Shown: positions 24,949 to 40,810 of the stretch, one piece after another
How positions within the stretch are numbered: the first letter of the stretch is position 1
How the letters are laid out: every line of letters begins with the position of its first letter
Origin: Raillietiella orientalis
Lineage: Eukaryota
Reading direction: 5' to 3'
Assembly: GCA_036172245.1 (NCBI GenBank)
Contig: JAYWIR010000037.1
Span: 930,001-994,000, forward strand
Length of the DNA stretch: 64,000 nt
Notes under the pieces: generated by a model
What the model was told of the DNA's origin: nothing
The model's input: only the letters and a program-made list of their open reading frames with translations
Databases searched by the model: none
Program-made: the position numbers and the translations under genes

Positions 24949-27900
24949 GCGGGCCGCTTCTTGAACGCAGTCCGTCGTCGAACTGTTCCAATCAACGTGC
25001 ACGGTGAGGGCTCCCCTAAACAAATTCAGGGGGAAAGATGCGTTTGCGATGGCATGGTATCCTCCGGTGGCTGGCACAGAGAGAGACGATCTCAGGAACC
25101 GCTCACGGATGTGCAAGCAGGTGATGTCTAGCAAATTTGCTTGAAAAAAAGGTGGTTTGAAACATATGCAGAGCAGACTCTCAGTGACAGGAGTCTTCTG
25201 CTTCGGCATCCACTCTGGAGACTTTGCCAACAAAAAAATCAGGACAGAAGGCCTCTGTTCTCTGCAAGAGGATCTCCAGCGCGGCTCGAGTGTGCCTTGT
25301 AGGGCAAGGAAATCACCGAAGGAACAAATCGTGCTTCAATGGAAGACATCAGAGAGGCACAATGAAGTCCCCTATGAAATCCTCTGCTGATGAAACCTCC
25401 AGAACTCCGCATTCGCCAGAAGGAAGCGCAGGGAAGCAGATTTTTCTACAGCGGCGTTTATCGACACTGCTTAACGCATATTTTACAGCGCTGGATTTTG
25501 CTTTTGGTTGTCAGCATCGCGTGCATCCCCAGCTGTTTAAGGGAAACGTTCATCTTCGAAGGTGAGTCGCAGAATGGAAGCTACAAAAAATGTGTCCGCA
25601 GTGGCATTCTATGCTCCGCGCGTCATCTTTGATGACCGCTCTTGATCTCATCGATCTCTCCTGTTGGTTTCTCTTGCCTCGATGCAAAAATTCTCACCAC
25701 TCATAGAAAGAATCAGGAAATGACGATGATGATTCCAATGGAGCTGGAATTAGCTTCGTGTTCATTTTTTCCATCGGTCTTTCTTGCCAAAGATGTTGCG
25801 AAAATGCTGCTCTTCGACCGTTTCCAGTTTCCTCTTTAATAGCGACAGCTTCTTCTTTTAGATATCTCTTCTTGAAATTCATTTCAGCTGCTCTTTCAAG
25901 ACATTGAAATGATCTCTTTTGCAAGGGTACTCGAGGATACGTCAGCTATCGTTCTCTCAGGATAGGGACAAGAAAAAAGGCTGGGCTAGGAAAGCATGCC
26001 GACAGCGATAGAAATATTTAGCCAGAGGACCTACTGCTCGAAATAAAATGATTCTTGAAAATCCCTCCTATATTCAGGCAGGAATGCTCCTACCTACTAA
26101 TCAGTGTCTTTCTCTTGGGGCTTGTCACGCTCCTCTGAGACCTCAGTCAAATGCCGTGCCACCTTGACAATCCCCTACGCAGCGCAGAGCGGTGCTGCCT
26201 CGGGGCCCAAGCTATCATGATTACGCCATGAGACCATTGCCAAGGATCTCCTTTTCTTCTACGCATGCGCCGCTGCAGCGGGGTCACTCGCTGCCGTGAG
26301 GCCCCGAAACGATAACCTACCACAGAGGCAATCCAGCGTGAAGAGCATGCGGGCAGCTCGTCAATGTTTAAGCACCTTCGCTACCCTCATACTAACGACC
26401 CGAGGCACCTGACAGACAGCTGGCACAAACGACGACGATGTCGTCCACCTCCCTGCTCATGAGTAGTATCCCTCGTGGACTCTTCTGGGATTACGACACT
26501 CTTCGGCAGAGGGTTCCAAGGGAAGAACCGTCTTTTCTCAGAACTTGCCCCTCCATTTTGCTCCGATCCACAGCGTTTCTTGGTTTGCACGCATGTAGGA
26601 CAATCGCCCTCTTCTCCCCCCTACCCTGACTTCCTCTATGCTCTGCAGTTCCCATCTCCTTCGGGTCGCTTTTCTTTCAGCGATTCGTTCCAACTGGGGT
26701 GTCCTCCGGGGTTGTCACGCGCCAATGGGTGAGGCTTGGCTTCCCGAGTGTGTTTGTGAATCCACGAAAAAACGCAGTGATCGCGGATGAAAGGAAGCGC
26801 TCCAGGAGAGACGGACAAGGTCGCTTCCACCATTGTGCCCCTTTTCACCCAGAAGCGAGCCTTTCCTGGAAGGATCCTCACGAACGACTTCAGCAGTGGA
26901 ACTCAGCTTTCCTACCTCCTTTCCAAGTCGACTATCGTCCGTCACCCCCGGCACAGCCCTATGTGCCACGTCCACTGCAGCCGTCGAGAGAAATCCCGAC
27001 TAGTCCTCCGGTCGTTTCGAACCGCGCGGACTGGCGATTGACCGTGCGGTAGAAGCGGTAACAAGCCCAAGCTGGCCCTCCAGGAGGAACAGAACAATAA
27101 AATTTTCGCTGCTGTCATAATACGAGCGTCGTCAAAAAACTATTTTTAGAAGAGTGGCATTCTACGCAGCAGATGACGGCCAGATAAGGAGCCGTGGCTG
27201 CTCTCACGGGCAGAGGCAACCAGGAAGGAAGGCTCAAACCCCAGCGCGCGGAATAGTGGACTGCGCCTCCGGATGGCGGCTGCGGAGCAGGGGACGATAA
27301 ATCCGAGATGCTCAAGAGGCCCGCTGTAAATCATGACTTGCTTGCGCTTGCCATCTGGTCCATATACCGAGGAGCAAAGATCAGGAAGGAAAACTCGGTC
27401 TCCACGTAACGAATCACAACCGGAAACGGCAGTCGGCATCTTAGTGGATGCACATCGACACGGGTATCAGCCGAGAGATCAAGATTGCGACTTCGGTAGA
27501 GGATTTATTGATGGTTTGCAGTTGTCCCTGTGATGATGATGAACGTCTCGCCTTTTCTTTTCTTTTTTCTTTTTTGCGCGTGCTCGTGCGTGTCCTCCCT
27601 TGAAATGGTCTCGGGAGAAATGATGTGCCCCGGACAAATGGGACAGTGCGTTTCGAAAGGCGGACCATTGAATCCAGCGCAGCAAGATGTTGTCGCGGGG
27701 GCACTGCTGCTAGCCTCGGAGCCCTCTCTTCCTTCCGAGCAGCTGATGCCCAGCGTCATGGACGAGAACTTGAAACAGAGGAAGCAGAGGAAGGAGAAGA
27801 CGATCGGGAAAGGGTTGTTTCGTGGGTGGGGACGCGCGCGCCCTTCTCACCTGGGGATCTGCCGTCTCCGGGTTCCCCGGTTCTGTTTTTATCTTCAACT

Positions 27901-30900
27901 TCAGACGGAAGCTGAGGGGGGAAGGGCAGAGTGCCTCAGAAGGAATCACACTCATTGGTCAAGCTTCCGACCCTTACCTTCCTCGCCACTGTTGCCTCCT
28001 TTGCAGGAGAGAAAGGAATGAGAGACGAGAAGAGGAGGGTGGAGAAAGGAAAAGTAGAGCAGGGAAGTGGAGGATGGATATCAAAGAAACGCTCAACTGA
28101 CCCGACACGTTCCATCCAGTGGTCAGGAAAGCCACCAGCGTACGAACTGATCTTCAGGTAAGATTTGAAAGCACTCGGGAAAGCTGTGGAGCGAAGTCGG
28201 TATTTTCAGAGGATAGGATTTCGCGACCCTTGCATCCCGCTCCGAGATTGGTCAAGCCTGCAGGCAAAGGGAACATCCAGAATTCCGTGGCCTGAGGAAT
28301 CAGAAGGGCACTTACTGCTTCCCCTCCCCACGTCTCTGTCTTTCTGGAAGGCTCCAGACCTCTCTCCAGTAGCCCCGGAAATTCGTCGCACTCTCCTATC
28401 CCATTCCCTCTGCCTCTCCCCTTCCCCCTCATAGCAAAGCATGGAGAACAGGAATGACAAGCAGCAGCAATCCGGAGCGTCCCCGATGTCACTACAGGCG
28501 GGATGCATCCATCTGGTCCCTTTGTGAGCGATGACGACCCAGTCGCTAGGAGCCCGGAAGCGCCGGTGCGCTGTCTGCTGCTGCAACACCGCGGAGATGG
28601 ACCAGGAGCGAAGGAGAGGGACGCACCGCCTGGATACCCTCGCTCTCTCCCGAAGGTCCCGTTTCGGAAGGAGTCGGAAGTCCACGCGACCGTAGAAGAA
28701 AACGGGAGATCCGAGACCAGCGCTTCGCCCTTTCCGGAGAGAGACGACCCCATCTCCTCCCTCTCGTGCGCCAGTCTGACAGATGCGGGAGGCCGCTTCT
28801 GCGCCGTCCTCGTCGCTACGGAGGAGTCCTGGACGCGATGATTAATGACTGCCGCTTGTCTTTCCCGAGGGTTGAAAGAGCCTGTCGGTCTCGATGACCC
28901 AGAATTGATGGTCGCCGACGAAGGAAAAGATGCAGCGTACGAGCGAAGGCAGGGCCCCCCCGGCGGAGGAGAGAAGCGCCGTTCCCATCTTCCCGGAGAG
29001 ACCTTCCTGGGCGGTTCCGCCGCCCGTGGAGGTTCCGAGGCTGACTGGAGGGGGAGGGGAGGGCAGCTGCTCCTCCTTTGGGTCGCTTCCCGGCGTCTCC
29101 GAGATGCGATCTCCGTCGGCGCGCTTCCCTCGTGCGGCCCAAATAAACGGAGCTATCAGATGATGGAATTGAGATGAATGGCAAGGTCACCTGGCGGGGA
29201 CCCGAGGTGCAAATTGCTGGCGGCGGCGGGGCAGGGCACTCTGGTCGGAAGGAAGGAGAAGCACGCCTGGTTGGGGGAGGAGGGAAAGTAGGCGAGGAGG
29301 TTCACGCTCTCGGCACCCGCCTAATCCGCCCCGCGAAGCGCCCTCCGAGGTCTCCAGAAACCACGCGCCCCCATCCGAATCCACAGAAGCCGCACCAACG
29401 CCTTTTGTTTCTTTCCCCACCCAGTCCGCCTGAGAGAAGTGGCGCCGTCCTTCGTCCACCGGGACGCGGCAGTCCGACACGCGTGTGCGTGGGCAGACCT
29501 CTCGGGAAAGTCCGTTCCAAGCTTCCGTTGTCCCGGCGCCCTCTTCGGAGTCACCCTTCCAGAGGCCTGACAGAGAGCACAAGGGCTCATGGAACCTTCC
29601 GCCATCGCCGTCGCTTCTGTGCATGCGCGCACGTGCGTAGAGCGTGAGGTGCGGTCCATCGTGGCGCGAAGCGGGCGGGGTGGAAGCTCTTCTGCTAGCA
29701 CCGGTTCATATCGAGCTGACCGTTTCCGGGTTGGTTATGGGACTTAAGAGTCCCGGAGACGACCGGAGGAATAGGAAAACGAAGGGGGTTCGTCGCAACA
29801 AGAGGGAAGTGGGGGAGAGGAGACGGCGATCTCTCGGCGAATCGTTCCAGGCGAGGGTCCCACGAGGAGGAAGCGCCCGCGGCGCGTACGAACAAACAGG
29901 AAAGGTCATTTGCGCTGGCGGTCGGTCTCCGGATCGTCTCGGAGCTGCAGGAGGGGGCAGGCGGCTAGGTGGGGTGGTGGGAGGCACACTCGGGTGCTTC
30001 CCGAGGGCTGCTCTATCCGCAGCTACGAGGACCGAGGATGAAGAGATGGGGCGTTCTGCGCGCGGGTGGGAGGCGTCGGTCGTGTCGGCCTCCGTTCCAC
30101 TGTCGCAGGGGAAGGAGGAGGGCCTGGAAGGACGCTGCGCACGCCTAGCCCTTACGCGCCTCTCGAGTCTCGGGGGCCGTTCGGAGGGCTCGTGGGAATG
30201 GGAGGTGGGGCTGGTCTCCTTGGAGGGAGGCTGGATCTGGTGAGCCCATGAGGGGCGAGGGACAGGGAAGGAGAGAAGAAGATTCTGGTCCATGGCGATG
30301 CGGGAGGTCAGGGCCACACGAGAGAGAGAGCTCGAACCCGCGTGTCCCGTGACTCTCAGCGGAGGAATCTGAACGCATCGAAATGGAGCCGTTCCGGGAA
30401 AACGGGAATTGCGTTCGTGTTCGCGCGCGTCTCTCGAGGGTAGTTGACCACCCTTGCCCCAGGGCACCTCACGCAGCAGAGAGCCAGCCACTGGTCATCC
30501 GAGACCGCTACTGGGCTCCCGTTGCCGAGTCCTGGCCCTTGCTCCAGCGGGCGGATAGGCACGCCGCGTCTCTACGACTCGGGTCCACAGCAGCTAGGGG
30601 CGGGCAGCGACTCGCTCCCGACCTGGTGGGAAGGGAAGCGACCAAGGACGGCGGGCATATGGGTTGGAGGAGAGAGTCAGTTCCGGAGCACGTGACTCCG
30701 GAGGTCCGCTGGGGTGTGGCAAAGGACGGAAAGGGAGGGAGAGGGGACGTGCCCGAAGCTTTTCGGCGGCATTCCCTGGCAACGACTTCGCCGAGGTGCG
30801 AGCGAGGAAACTCCTGCCTTCTGGAGCTCCCTCCCGAAGGGCATCAAGCCAACCTCGAAGTGGGAACGGCAGAGCGGGAGGGGTCCAGGGGATTCGGGAG

Positions 30901-31498
30901 CTCCCGGAGATGGGGCGCCGTGGATCCTCATGCCCGCTCAGGACGTGCACCCTGAGGTGGGTTGGGAGAGGGAAGAGGGATCGACGTCGCAATGTCGGAG
31001 GGTACCAAGGAGATCTGCGTCACTCCGCTTCCCGGTCCGCCGCCGCCGATGGCGTCCTTCGGCCCGGAACGGTACACCGTTGCGGTCCTTCGGCCTGAGG
31101 TAGGGGAAGGGGAAAGAAGCCGCCCTCCTGCCCGTACCGAACCGGACGCATCCGCAGAGCGAGAGTGATCCGGTCTCCCGAGGCAGCAGCGACATCACGA
31201 GGAGTCTGCGAGAAGCGACGGGCGACGGAAGGAGGCGTAATGAGGGCCGCGCATTGTGCTGGTCCGCCTGGAGCCCGGGGCGACGAGCCGGCCCACCGGG
31301 GACTTTCCTGCGGCGGCGCGATGGCCGCTCGCACCGGAAGAGAGCGGGGGTGGCGCTGGTGGGTGGGTGGGAAGAAGGAAGCGGCAGCCGCAAAAAAAAA
31401 AAAAAAAAAAAAAAGAGGAGCAGGAGAGAGGAAAGGAAAGTCCGGTGGGGGATTCTTGCAGGGGCGCGCCCGCCATCGCGTTCCGGCAATCATCACGA

Positions 31499-31930
31499 CC
31501 GTTAACGACCGCTCGAAACAACCGTTTCCCTGGAGAATTAAGATGTCAACGCTTAATTAGCCTCCGTGATCTCCCGCGCTCGGCGAGTCCGAGAGGAGCG
31601 GAGGAACGAAAGGAGGAAAGAAAGGATCGCAGGAAGGAGGGGCGGGAACGGGAAGAACGGGGAGGTGGGAGGCGAGAGAGAAAGACCCGTAATGGTGGCT
31701 GCTCCAGCCCGGAGATGCCCGCGATTGTCCCGAAGATTTACCACGGAGGAGGAGGAGGACGGCGATCCGGCGGGAAGGAAGGCGGGGAGCGCACCGTTAA
31801 GCGCCGGACGGTCCCTGGACGGATTTACGGCGGCTGTAAAATCATTACCGGCCGCCTTGCGCCCGTCCGGAGAGGCTCCTCCCGGGAGGACCGTAAAACC
31901 ATCATGGCCGCGGGGACGCGCGCGTTAATC
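31499..31930. promoter_or_regulatory. Candidate proximal enhancer of the FoxG gene (homeodomain-type site cluster)
   Basis: Short AT-rich words in a GC-rich background: CCGTTAA 31499 and 31794, AATTAAG 31536, TTAATTAG 31553, CGTAATGG 31688, GATTTAC 31735, GATTTACGG 31822, GTAAAATCATTAC 31836, CCGTAAAA 31891, CGTTAATC 31923. Confidence 0.4.
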
Positions 31931-32410
31931 ACTGTCGCCGCTCGGACGGAGGCTCCTCAGGGCGTCGGCGGGTGACCCGTCCGGGGCCGGCGCCGCGGGC
32001 GCATACCCCGGTGTCTCCGCCGCCGCCGCGGAGCAGGCGGCTGAGGCGGCCACTCCGCTCGCCGGCCCCGGAAGCCAGTCCGGGAACCGGCTCGAGGGGG
32101 GGGTTAGGAATCCGGCACGCCCCTCTTCTTTCCCTTCTCATACCCCTCCTCCCCTCTCCCGATGGAGACAACCTCTAGGGAAGCCCTGGGATCTGGGCCC
32201 GGAACTTCCCTCTCTCCCCCCGGAAGAGGGAGTGCGGAGAAGGAGCGGACTGGAATAAGTTCCGGGGAGGGCAGAGCAGGGCGAAGAGGGAGTGGGGGCG
32301 CTTCCCCGCCGACCCCCTTGGAAACGGCGCGCCGCTCCGGGAGAAAGGTCCGGGCTGAGGGGGTGGTGGGTGGAGGTGGGGTGGAAGCGGCGGCGCGTGC
32401 GCGCGCACGC

Positions 32411-34281
<1,871 letters not shown>

Positions 34282-37200
34282 GTGCCGGCTCTCCCTCCCC
34301 GCGTCTTCCCTCCTGCGCCCGCCCCCTTGGAACGAACGAGATAGCGGGGGAGTCGCCGGACCCCGTGCATGCCCTTCCAGCCCCCCTTCTCTTCCCTGCC
34401 GAAGGAGGAACTCCAGAAAGAGTCCACTTGCAGGAGGGAGGACATCCCTTCCTTCCCAGAGGCCAAGACGAGGGCGGTGGCAACCCCGAGGGGCCTCCGT
34501 TGGTGGCGCCGCCGCCACGATTGGGGCGAAAGTGCAAGTGCCCCCTTCCGCTGCAGGGCGACTTTCGCACTCGCCTTCCCCCTCCCCCCCGGACCTCCTC
34601 TTCCTCCGTTCCATATCCTGTCCTCTCGTCCTCAGCCCCTTCGCCCGCCCCATCCGGACACCACGGACAGGCTCCGAACGCCTCCGCGAAGAAGTCTCCA
34701 TGGCAACCTTCCCTCTCCCGAAGAGAATATATATTTATTTTTTACTAAGAGACGAGGATTTCTCTCTCTTGTCTCCTTGGTTACTCCTGCTCCGCGACTC
34801 CTGCCTGCTCCTAGCGGGAGGCGCAGGAAGGGGAAAAGGGAAGGACTGTTCCTCGCTGCTGCGAAAGGACGAATCACTAGCAAATCCTCACCCCGTCCCC
34901 AATCTCTCCGGGCCTGCTAACCCCTCCTACCCATCCTCCATAGGCGGGCGGAGGTTCGAGTCTCGGAGGGAGAGTTCGTTCTCTTGAAGATTGAGGCCGC
35001 TCGGCGCCAGGAAGCGTACCATGTCCGGCCCTCCTCGCAAGACGTCGAGAAGACAGGGAACCCTGGAGGAGATGCACCTTCCTGCTGCTGCCTCTGCTTC
35101 CCCTCATGGAGAGGGGAGATCCCCCTTGCGGCAGGTGACGACGACACGGGTTTTTTTGCTGGCGGGAAGAAGTCTCGGGAGCTTCTCGGGCCCGCTGAGC
35201 TGTCCGGCGGTCGCTTCTCGGGTGATCCGCTGCCTCTGCACTCCAAGTCCCTCCCCTCTTCGTGCACCTCCTTCCCTGGATCACCCCCCGCTTCCCGTGG
35301 GGCAACACTGGCCGCTCACTCTCTTCCCCCCTCCTCCTTGCGGCGGCACGGCGTAGCTGTCCGCAACCGTCTCCGTCCAGGCCCCAAGGGCCTCTCGCTG
35401 GGAGTGCGCGCTGGATGGCTCTTGGGAAAGAAAGGGGGGCAGGCGAGCGGGTTGGACACGCTGCCTCCTCTTTTGGGATCGAGTCAAGGGTGCAGCCGGG
35501 GCGGAGGCAAAGAGTTTTCCCCTGTTCGAGGTCATCCCACGAGTCCCCGGCGCATCCACCCGGGGAGAGCTCCATCCGGAAAATCTGGTCGTTCCCTATC
35601 GCCCCTCCCCCTTCGGAAGAGCCAGGGAAGATAGAGTGAGTTCTCTTGCCTCGGGCATTCCGGGCTCTTGGGGAAGGGGGAAGAGCCAGGAAGAGTTCCT
35701 CCCCTTTCCTGAGTCTGCCGACCCCTTCGGTGACGTGGAGGTTCCTTTCGCCGAGGGGGCGGCGGAGACCAGTTTCTGGGAATCGGATGCTGGATCCTGG
35801 ACCCTGGAGCCCGTCCCCTGCCGCTGCTCACCCGTCTGGTGCGCGAGGTGACTGCACCTACCCTACCCCCCCTCGTCCCCGCGTGCGCGCTCCTGCTACA
35901 CGCGGAAACTCTGAAGCCCACGGCGGCACGATTTATGGATCCGGCGGTTGTTGACGCGACGGCGTGTGGATGCGCCTCCTGGATACGTGGAGCGTGAAGA
36001 GGTCTTTCCCAAGAGAGAGAGTAACGGGAACGGCGAGCCTTCGTGGAGAGGGCAGGAGGAGGAGGCCGACCCGCATGTTGCTGCCGACGGCGAGTCGCGT
36101 TGCATAGCGGCGCGCGAAGGCACAATCTCACAGTGAAAAGCAGCAGGGAAGGGGAAGGGGGGAGGGTCTCGCGGGGAAAGGAAGGAGGAACAGGAGTGGA
36201 CCACTCGCTCTCTTTCTGGTGAGAGGTCACCCTTGGAACGCGAGAGGACGTCCAGATGAAAAAAGAAGGGACGGAGGAAAGCGGGATGAAGGGGGAGATG
36301 GGGGAGCGCGCGGACGAGAGGCTCCTGCTTAGCGCACTCCCCCCGAGCCTTCCTCATGCAGATGACTGATCTGCAGAGCATCTTCCAGCGCCCTCGACCT
36401 GCCGCTGTCCCGTACTTCCCCCCGCTTTGGTAAGCGTGCGGTCTCTTGCTCCTCTTCCTCCTCCCTTCCTCCCCCTCTCTCTTCCTCCTCTTCTCTTCCT
36501 CTTCCTCCTCGTCCTCCCCCTTCCCTTTCCAGATGCCGTTCAAATCTTTGTCCAGCTTGTTTTTCCTGTCTTAATGTACGCCTTAATTGGGAAGGTCGAC
36601 GAAGTGTGAACGAACACATCGGACAAGCGGGCAGATGAGCCGTGATTTTCTCTCCCCCTCCCTCCTCCCCGACGCACTCACGGGATCCTTAGAAGTGTTG
36701 CTGCGTTCCACCCGTGCAAAGCAGGTAGGCGGAAGGAAGCCGCCGGCGAATGGGGAAGGGGGGACAGCAATGGGGACCGGAAAGATGAGAGCGATGGAGA
36801 CCTCCGATCGGCTAGCTGGAGGCGACAGTGGCATTCTGGGATGATCCCGGTCGCCAAATCGAGATTCGCCCGGGGCGGTTCGGTAGATTCAAAGGTTTTT
36901 CCCCGTCTCTTCCGCGAACTCGAGAAGGAGGACCGAAGGCGGGCGATGGGTAGGTCGCGCTGGAGCACTTCCGGGCCGCCGTCCCTTCCCACCCCCGGAA
37001 TGCAGGTCGGCGGCTTCCTCGGCTGCGGCCCCTGCGAGAGGTGCACTCACTGCTAGAGGGCGCACCCCAACCTTGTCGAGGCGGCTTCGCTTGGGGCACG
37101 CGCGACCGGTCTTCCCGTCCCGCAAGCCTGGGGCGAACATTGCGCCGCCGGCGGAAGGCGACCTCGGGCTCAAGTCCGTGTCCCTCTCTTGATGCGCGGA

Positions 37201-40200
37201 GATTGCCTTCTCCTCTGCTCCTTCCGACTAACGCTGGCCGGCATCTGCTTCCCATCTCTCCGGACGGTTGACCTTCAGGGAAAGTCCAGAAGGAGTCAGG
37301 TCTGCTCCCGATCTCCAGCGGTTCCCTCTTGCCCTTCCTGGCGTCGACAGCTTTCAATGAGCCTGGTCCTTACTCGGCTGCGACTTCGTCACCATCCTGT
37401 TTGTTAGCAGTTGTTTCGGCTCTCGGGGGAACGGCAGGCTCTCCCTGATCTCGAGGCTGCGCACCCAGGTTGTCCAAACTGTGACCTTTAGCCCATCCTC
37501 CCTTCCAGTTGCCTCTTCCTTTCTGTTTCACTGCTGACTTCCTTCTCTAGGAAGACCTCCTCCCTACCTTTCAAGAGGGGAGGTCAGACTTCCCTGGGGA
37601 GAGGAATTCGTCTGCACCTCCGTCCTTGTTCCCTAGCAACCGCCTTCCACGGTCTGAGCCTCTGCACGGAGAGGCGTCCGATGGAAATCCGAGCACCCGC
37701 CTGCAACGCAGATGCTCCGGAGCCAGATGTTGTCGGGGGGCAAGCTCCAGAGCATCGGCGAAGAGCCCACGGGCCTCTGCGAGAGGGGCTGCACGCCTTT
37801 CCTGACGAGCACGGGGAGGCGCGTTCGCCTGGAATCCGACCAGAGGGAGGGATGGCCGCCGGTCGACGGCGGTTCCTCGGGGTTGCGGAGGTCGGCTCGC
37901 TTGGGATGACGCCGTTGCCATCCTTTCGCCCTTCCGCGGGCACACCCAGCCCGCAGGAGTTTACCTCGATCGCCGTTCCATGAAGGAGGGGGCACGGCCA
38001 GCAGAGGCGAGCACATGATCCCGGGCGGAGCGCCAGCCAGAGGCGAAAAAAAAAAGTTCTGTCTGCAGGAAGGAGGGAGGGGGAGGGGGGATGGATGGTC
38101 CAGCCACGCGACCCGACGCGTAGCCACGACCAGCCGGACGGCGCGCGTTCAGTGAATTCCGCGGTGACCAATCGGATGAGAGCCTGCGTAGCAGAACATT
38201 TGCATACTTGATGTAGATGCTGTTCCTCTCGAAAACAACGAAGCCCGGGAGGCTGTAATCGCCGTATTTGCTGACAGTGTCTTTTTCGCCCTTCCCCATG
38301 CGAGCCGTAATTTCTTTTTTATTGGGAGCGATCGATACTGGAGGGGAGGCTGCTCGATGATCGATGACGTAACGAACACATCCCGCACGATCCGAAAAAA
38401 ATTCTGTGGAGAGGGATGCTGGCGGTGCAATCCGGTCGAGCAAGCTGGGAGAGAGGCGTCCCCGAGTCAAACGCTCCTCGGGTCGGTCACTCCCGTCCAC
38501 GGGGGCAGCAGAAGCGACGGAATGGGTCGCCGAGGGTGCGGTTCCGAGTGGGAATCCCCCATCCATTTCCCGCGTTCGCTGAGAGCTGCCGCCGCCACCG
38601 ATGATGATCATCGGAAGTGATAATCCCTATAATTAGTTAGGTGATCAAGAGGATTCCTACTAGAGATCCTCGATTTCGTCGGCGCAATCCACCGCAGGAC
38701 ATGGGTAGGGATGGTGTCGCTAATTGATTCCCCTCGTTCTGTCTGTTATCACCCGACGCATCGAAGAAGAGACCTGCATTGCGGGCCTTCCAGGACAAGG
38801 GGGATGGGTATACGGGAATGCTTGCGAATGGAAGGTCAAACCCTGCGAACGTGCGAGACGATGGTGGTGGCTTCAGCGGATGGGGAGAAGGGAAGAACGG
38901 TGAACAGCAGGAAATCCGTTCCGCGGGACGGGCCATCTTGCTCAGGAGAAGACGGCGAGCGCGAGGGGCGGGTTGTCATTCTGGGTGGCTGGCATTCCGT
39001 GAACGTCCCGAACGAAGCCGAGTCGCTGGCGAGATGGAGCTAGGGGGAGGGAGCAGCACGGGCTGCCCCGCAGCAAAATTGGTACCCCTTTTTTTCTCCT
39101 CGGAAATGACAGCGTGGCTAATTTTCTGGAATCGTCCATCACGATGCCAAATAAAGAGCGGCGGGAGGCACGGGAGGCATTTCTCCCTCGTTCTCCATTT
39201 TTCTTCCCACGTTGGGCATTTGCTGCCGAGTGCTACGGGGCACGAGACTCACCTTTCACTCACCCTTTTCACACCCCTCTGCGAATCGGTGGAGAGCAGC
39301 CGTCGCTGCACGGCACAAAGAGGAAAGAAAACGTCTCCCCCTTCGTGTCGACCGTCGGAACTTGGACATCCTCCCGAGAGAGGCGATCCCGAAGACGTTC
39401 TCTTTGGCAGGAAGCACCGACGACGGGAGGAAGCGGCGCCAGAATCAGACTTGGGTCACCTGTGAAAGTGCTGGCGCGAGACGGAGGGAAGACAGCGCGG
39501 CTTCGAAGGGGCAGGATCCGAGACCCGGTGGCGGATGAGGACATCTCGCGCGCCACGCCTGTACTGAAGGGTGAGGGGGTCCCCGTCTTGCTTCGGAGTG
39601 TGCCGACACGCACACACACACGTCGGGAGTTCCTGTTCGGGGACCTTTCTGTCGGGCGGCAGCAGGGAAGGCAGGGATCTTCGCTGCCGCGCGTCGCAAC
39701 GGAGATGGCTTCCCCCGTTTCCGAAGTCGGGCTCGCCTTCGAGCGAGCTCCCTCTGGAGTGCACTGGTGGCTTGATTTGCCAGCTTGCCTTAGGCACGAA
39801 CGATGACCTCACCGGGAGTGACCAGCACTCTACTTGCCGGGTGGTCCACGATCCTTCCTATTAAAGTCCACAAGATTCCGGGCACCTCGAGAACAACTTC
39901 TCGGAGGAACACAGGAGTCAGCTGGACTCGGGGGAGTGGACGAGAGGAATCAGGGTTCCGATCGTGGCCGCTGGCGCCAACGGGAGAGGACCCTCCAAAG
40001 AGAGAAGTGAAATGTCTCCTCGCTTTCTGGGAGAGGCTCCAGCGCCTGTTCTTGCCCTGAAGAAGAAGCCGTCCCCAGACCGGTTTCTGGCTTCCAGAAG
40101 GAAGAGGGAGCGGGATTTTTCCGGGAGTCCGTGAGTCTCCACGTCTTTGCAAGGGAGGTCTCTTCCCATCGATTCTCCGCTTTCCCTTCTGGGAGGAAAG

Positions 40201-40709
40201 AAGTGATCATTAAGATGTCATACCGCGAGACGTCATTCATTCCGCACGGAGAACTAAAGAATGCCGAATTGGACGCGCTCCCAAAAACCGCTCGCCGGGT
40301 CCACCTCCGTCTCCCTGGATCCGCAGGGCAATTAAGAGGACACTGCTGTAGTAAAACTGTTTACCTGTTTCGGCACGCATGTAAATTCATTACGGCAGAT
40401 GATTACTCGCTGGAAGAGTTTTGGTCTTGCAGGAACAAAGTGTTCCAACAAGAAACCAGGTGGTCAGATACTTCGTTGCCGTGGATTTACGGTTTGAGCG
40501 AGGAGCTCTCCAGAGCCATATATCAAGATGGAGCGTTTCCCGTGATCATCGTCCATGATTAGCCTGCTGAAGACTCTGTTTGCAGAAAAAGGGCTACTTG
40601 TTATCTTTTTTTAGTATGGGAAACGCCGTTCCTGGCCTCTCCCCTCGCCATTTTGGTTTTCCTTTTGATCGTTTCAGGCTAATTAAAAACGAGAGGGAAG
40701 AAGGAACGC

Positions 40710-40810
40710 AAAAAAATTAAAAAAAAAAAAATTAAAAAAAAAAAAAAAAAGGAAAGGAAAGAAAAGAAAAGAAAAGAAAAGAAAAAAAAGATACACATAC
40801 ACACACATAC
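40710..40810. repeat. Compound simple repeat: poly(A), (GAAAA)n and CA-rich
   Basis: Directly visible. Confidence 0.9.

Noticed and set aside
34726..34745. FoxG polyadenylation signal (AATATA plus a T-rich patch)
   Set aside because: Non-canonical, with no transcript evidence; plausible but unsupported.
40131..40562. 143-aa ORF with fairly protein-like composition
   Set aside because: No recognisable motif, start context or splice support; it cannot be supported without a search.
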